Assembly (NCBI GenBank): GCA_030141605.1
Contig: JAQGDQ010000029.1
Location: 682,001 to 746,000 of the forward strand
DNA length: 64,000 nucleotides
DNA from: Tubiluchus corallicola
Taxonomy: Eukaryota; Animalia; Priapulida
Direction: 5' to 3'
This document shows positions 61,562-64,000 of this stretch, piece after piece (position 1 is the stretch's first letter; every line of letters begins with the position of its first letter). The translations under genes were made by a program, and so were the position numbers. The notes under the pieces are model-generated. The model had not been told where the DNA came from. It saw nothing but the letters and a program-made list of their open reading frames with translations, and ran no database searches.

Positions 61562-61623
61562 GTAATAATAATAAGAAGAAGAAGAAGAAGAACAACAACA
61601 ACAACAATAATATTAATAATAAT
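61562..61623. repeat. Compound trinucleotide repeat (AAT)n(AAG)n(AAC)n(AAT)n
   Basis: Direct reading. Confidence 0.93.
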
Positions 61624-64000
61624 CGTAGCATTGCGGTGCTATGCTGCAGCAGAACAAAACAAATCTTTTTGTATTTTTGTATACAGATTTTTCAATATTT
61701 GCATCCCTAGTGGCTTGTAAATGGTTATCAGTGTTTAGAAGACACAAATGCCCTCAAAGCTTTGCGCTACATACCCAGCATTACAGAACTAGACACTGAC
61801 TAATTATTTTTTTTAATTGCTGACTCAGTTAACTTTACCTGTACGGGACTAATTAATTATCTAGCTTACTGTTTGATCCTGACACAAATGATGGTAATGA
61901 AGCTCTCAAGCAAATAAGTAACGAAGTAACAAAGAACGAATCAGTTTAAAATGGAAAATTGTAATGCAGACTTTATGATTTTAAAATATAAAAAGTATAA
62001 AAATAAAAGTAAAAGAAATCTTAATGTACCGCAGAGTAAACAAAGTTAAATAGAGCCCCCATTGATTAATGGTTTTACCAAATTATTTTAAATGTTAAGT
62101 TGAGTTTCTGAAGATTCCTGAGGAGCTTCAAAAAAAGTTTGGCATGAAATTCAGTGACACCAGGTGCGCATCAATTCTACTTTGTGGAAATAATACTAAT
62201 ATTTCTGGTATAATTCAGCGATATATTTATGTAAATAACAACTAAAATATGTAATTGCAATACTATGCACTAGCAATTGTTACCCGCTCTGATGGATGGA
62301 TGTATGCATACATAGATGAATGAATTGATGGAAGGATGAATAGATGCAAACAGAGTCTTCACTTTGCCCCATCACGGTTTGAAGCAAATTGCAAATAAGA
62401 ATCAAGAAAAATCAATCAGGAATCAGTGTGACGGTCGCTGTGGACAGCGGACAGACCGAAATTCTGTCAGCGCGTCCCACTCTCGAGAAGTCACTGGCAA
62501 AAAAGCGTGGCGTGCTCGAGGCGATGAATGTGTGCTGTGCAGGACTTATAATTATTCATTTATAGCATACTGTATAAAGTTTCAACCTAGCATATTTTTA
62601 AGAAATTCTAGACTGTTCGTGGAGCTTCCTAACTTGCAGATGTGCAAAATGACTTGAAAATGTGCGATAAGTGCTGTGTTGCAGGCTGTGCTGCAAATTG
62701 ATTATGGTGTCTTATTTTAGTTTTTGCACTGTGTACAATGACTATAATGTAGTATGTGGTGTAATGTAATGTAGTGATGTAGCCCTCACTGAGCGCTGTA
62801 TGTTATCAGTTTTACGAAAAAAAATTTATGATCCACATGTAAATGTAAAGACAAACATAATCAGCCAGGAAAAATTCGTAACATTTGCTCTTATTCATTG
62901 CAGTATGAAACATTGATCCTACTGTTTCTTCCACATAGACTGGATAATTTCTAAGAGTCGAAGTGAAAAGCAGACAGCAAACCTACATTTAACGAAGCCA
63001 GTTGCATTTCACTGTATTACAAATTTAACTATTTTATAAAATGCAAATTAAAGCGGAGCTTCCGTATAAACAACAGTACTTGTACTAAACTGTAAACGAA
63101 GTATAAAGGTGCAAAACAAGTTTATTACAATATTCGTACAGTCCATGTTGTTGTTTAGTTGAATTGTTTTACTAGTTCATTATGCTAAATCGAAGCTGAT
63201 TCATAAAAACCTAGCTGTGGCGTCTCAGAGAATGCATGTTTAAGCTGGCTTTGACTTACATTGTGGGTTTTTACTTATCTTCTCTGTGGCTATGTTTGAT
63301 GTTCTAAATTTCTTTCACTCTACTGACACAAGATGGTTAGTATATAGGTGATTATGTGTGCTTCAGTTAGGTAACATTATTATTTGTACTTGAAGGAAAA
63401 CCGGATGATTGTGTAAACATTAGTTCAGAATAAAGAATGCTCTAAAATATTGAAAACTACAATAGCTTTTTTTTAAAATCAAAGCTTAGATTACACAATA
63501 ATTACCTCAGATACTCATATTTCGTTAAACTTTCAAAACTACACGCGGCTCAGTGAATCTACTAAGATTGGCAGCAACGCGTTGTTGTCACAATGGCTAA
63601 TAAATAGAAGGCAGTACCGTGATAAGCATGATCATGAACTGCAGTGTTAGTTTCTGACATCATATGATATAAAGCCCATTTTTTCGTGACATCATGCGTA
63701 TAAGCAGTACGATAACACTTATGCAAATGTGCTTGACGCGCAAGGGAAGACGCCTGCCATTGCACAAACTATGGTTAGTTTCTGATGTAAGCAGTAGCTG
63801 TGTTCGGTTGCTGTTAAGTAACTTTCCAAGCTAATTATTCAAATATAAGGAACAATTGTTAACTTTTATAGGCAAGAAAATGTATATTTTGGACAGTAAA
63901 TTAAAATGAGATTCAGTCTGAACAGTCATCCGGTCTTCCTTTAATAATCTTTGACTGCAAAATAATCCACACCGTGTTGAATATATGACATTACTAATAT

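Overview
Eukaryotic (invertebrate metazoan-type, AT-rich, spliceosomal introns) genomic window, not prokaryotic. It contains four protein-coding genes, whose exons I reconstructed by hand from splice signals and reading frames. (1) The last two coding exons of a Myc gene (+, 26022-26242 and 29538-30107; Myc box IIIb, polyQ, NLS, bHLH-ZIP). No MBI/MBII exon is visible upstream, so bases 1-26021 are probably one very large intron. (2) An 11-exon tRNA dimethylallyltransferase TRIT1/MOD5 (+, 36269-42719, ~482 aa). (3) A convergent inositol-3-phosphate synthase ISYNA1/INO1 with 8 coding exons (-, 45516-52077, 560 aa), a probable GC-AG intron, two putative 5'UTR exons and an E-box-rich TATA promoter near 54.9-55.1 kb. 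(4) An intronless four-TM MS4A/CD20-like ORF (+, 59627-60304). The rest is non-coding DNA with decayed LINE/SINE/MITE fragments, microsatellites and short tandem duplications. The most notable observation is the tandem Myc->TRIT1 order, which matches vertebrate MYCL->TRIT1. I see no evidence of a wholly new multi-gene system; most of the short ORFs in the track are spurious.
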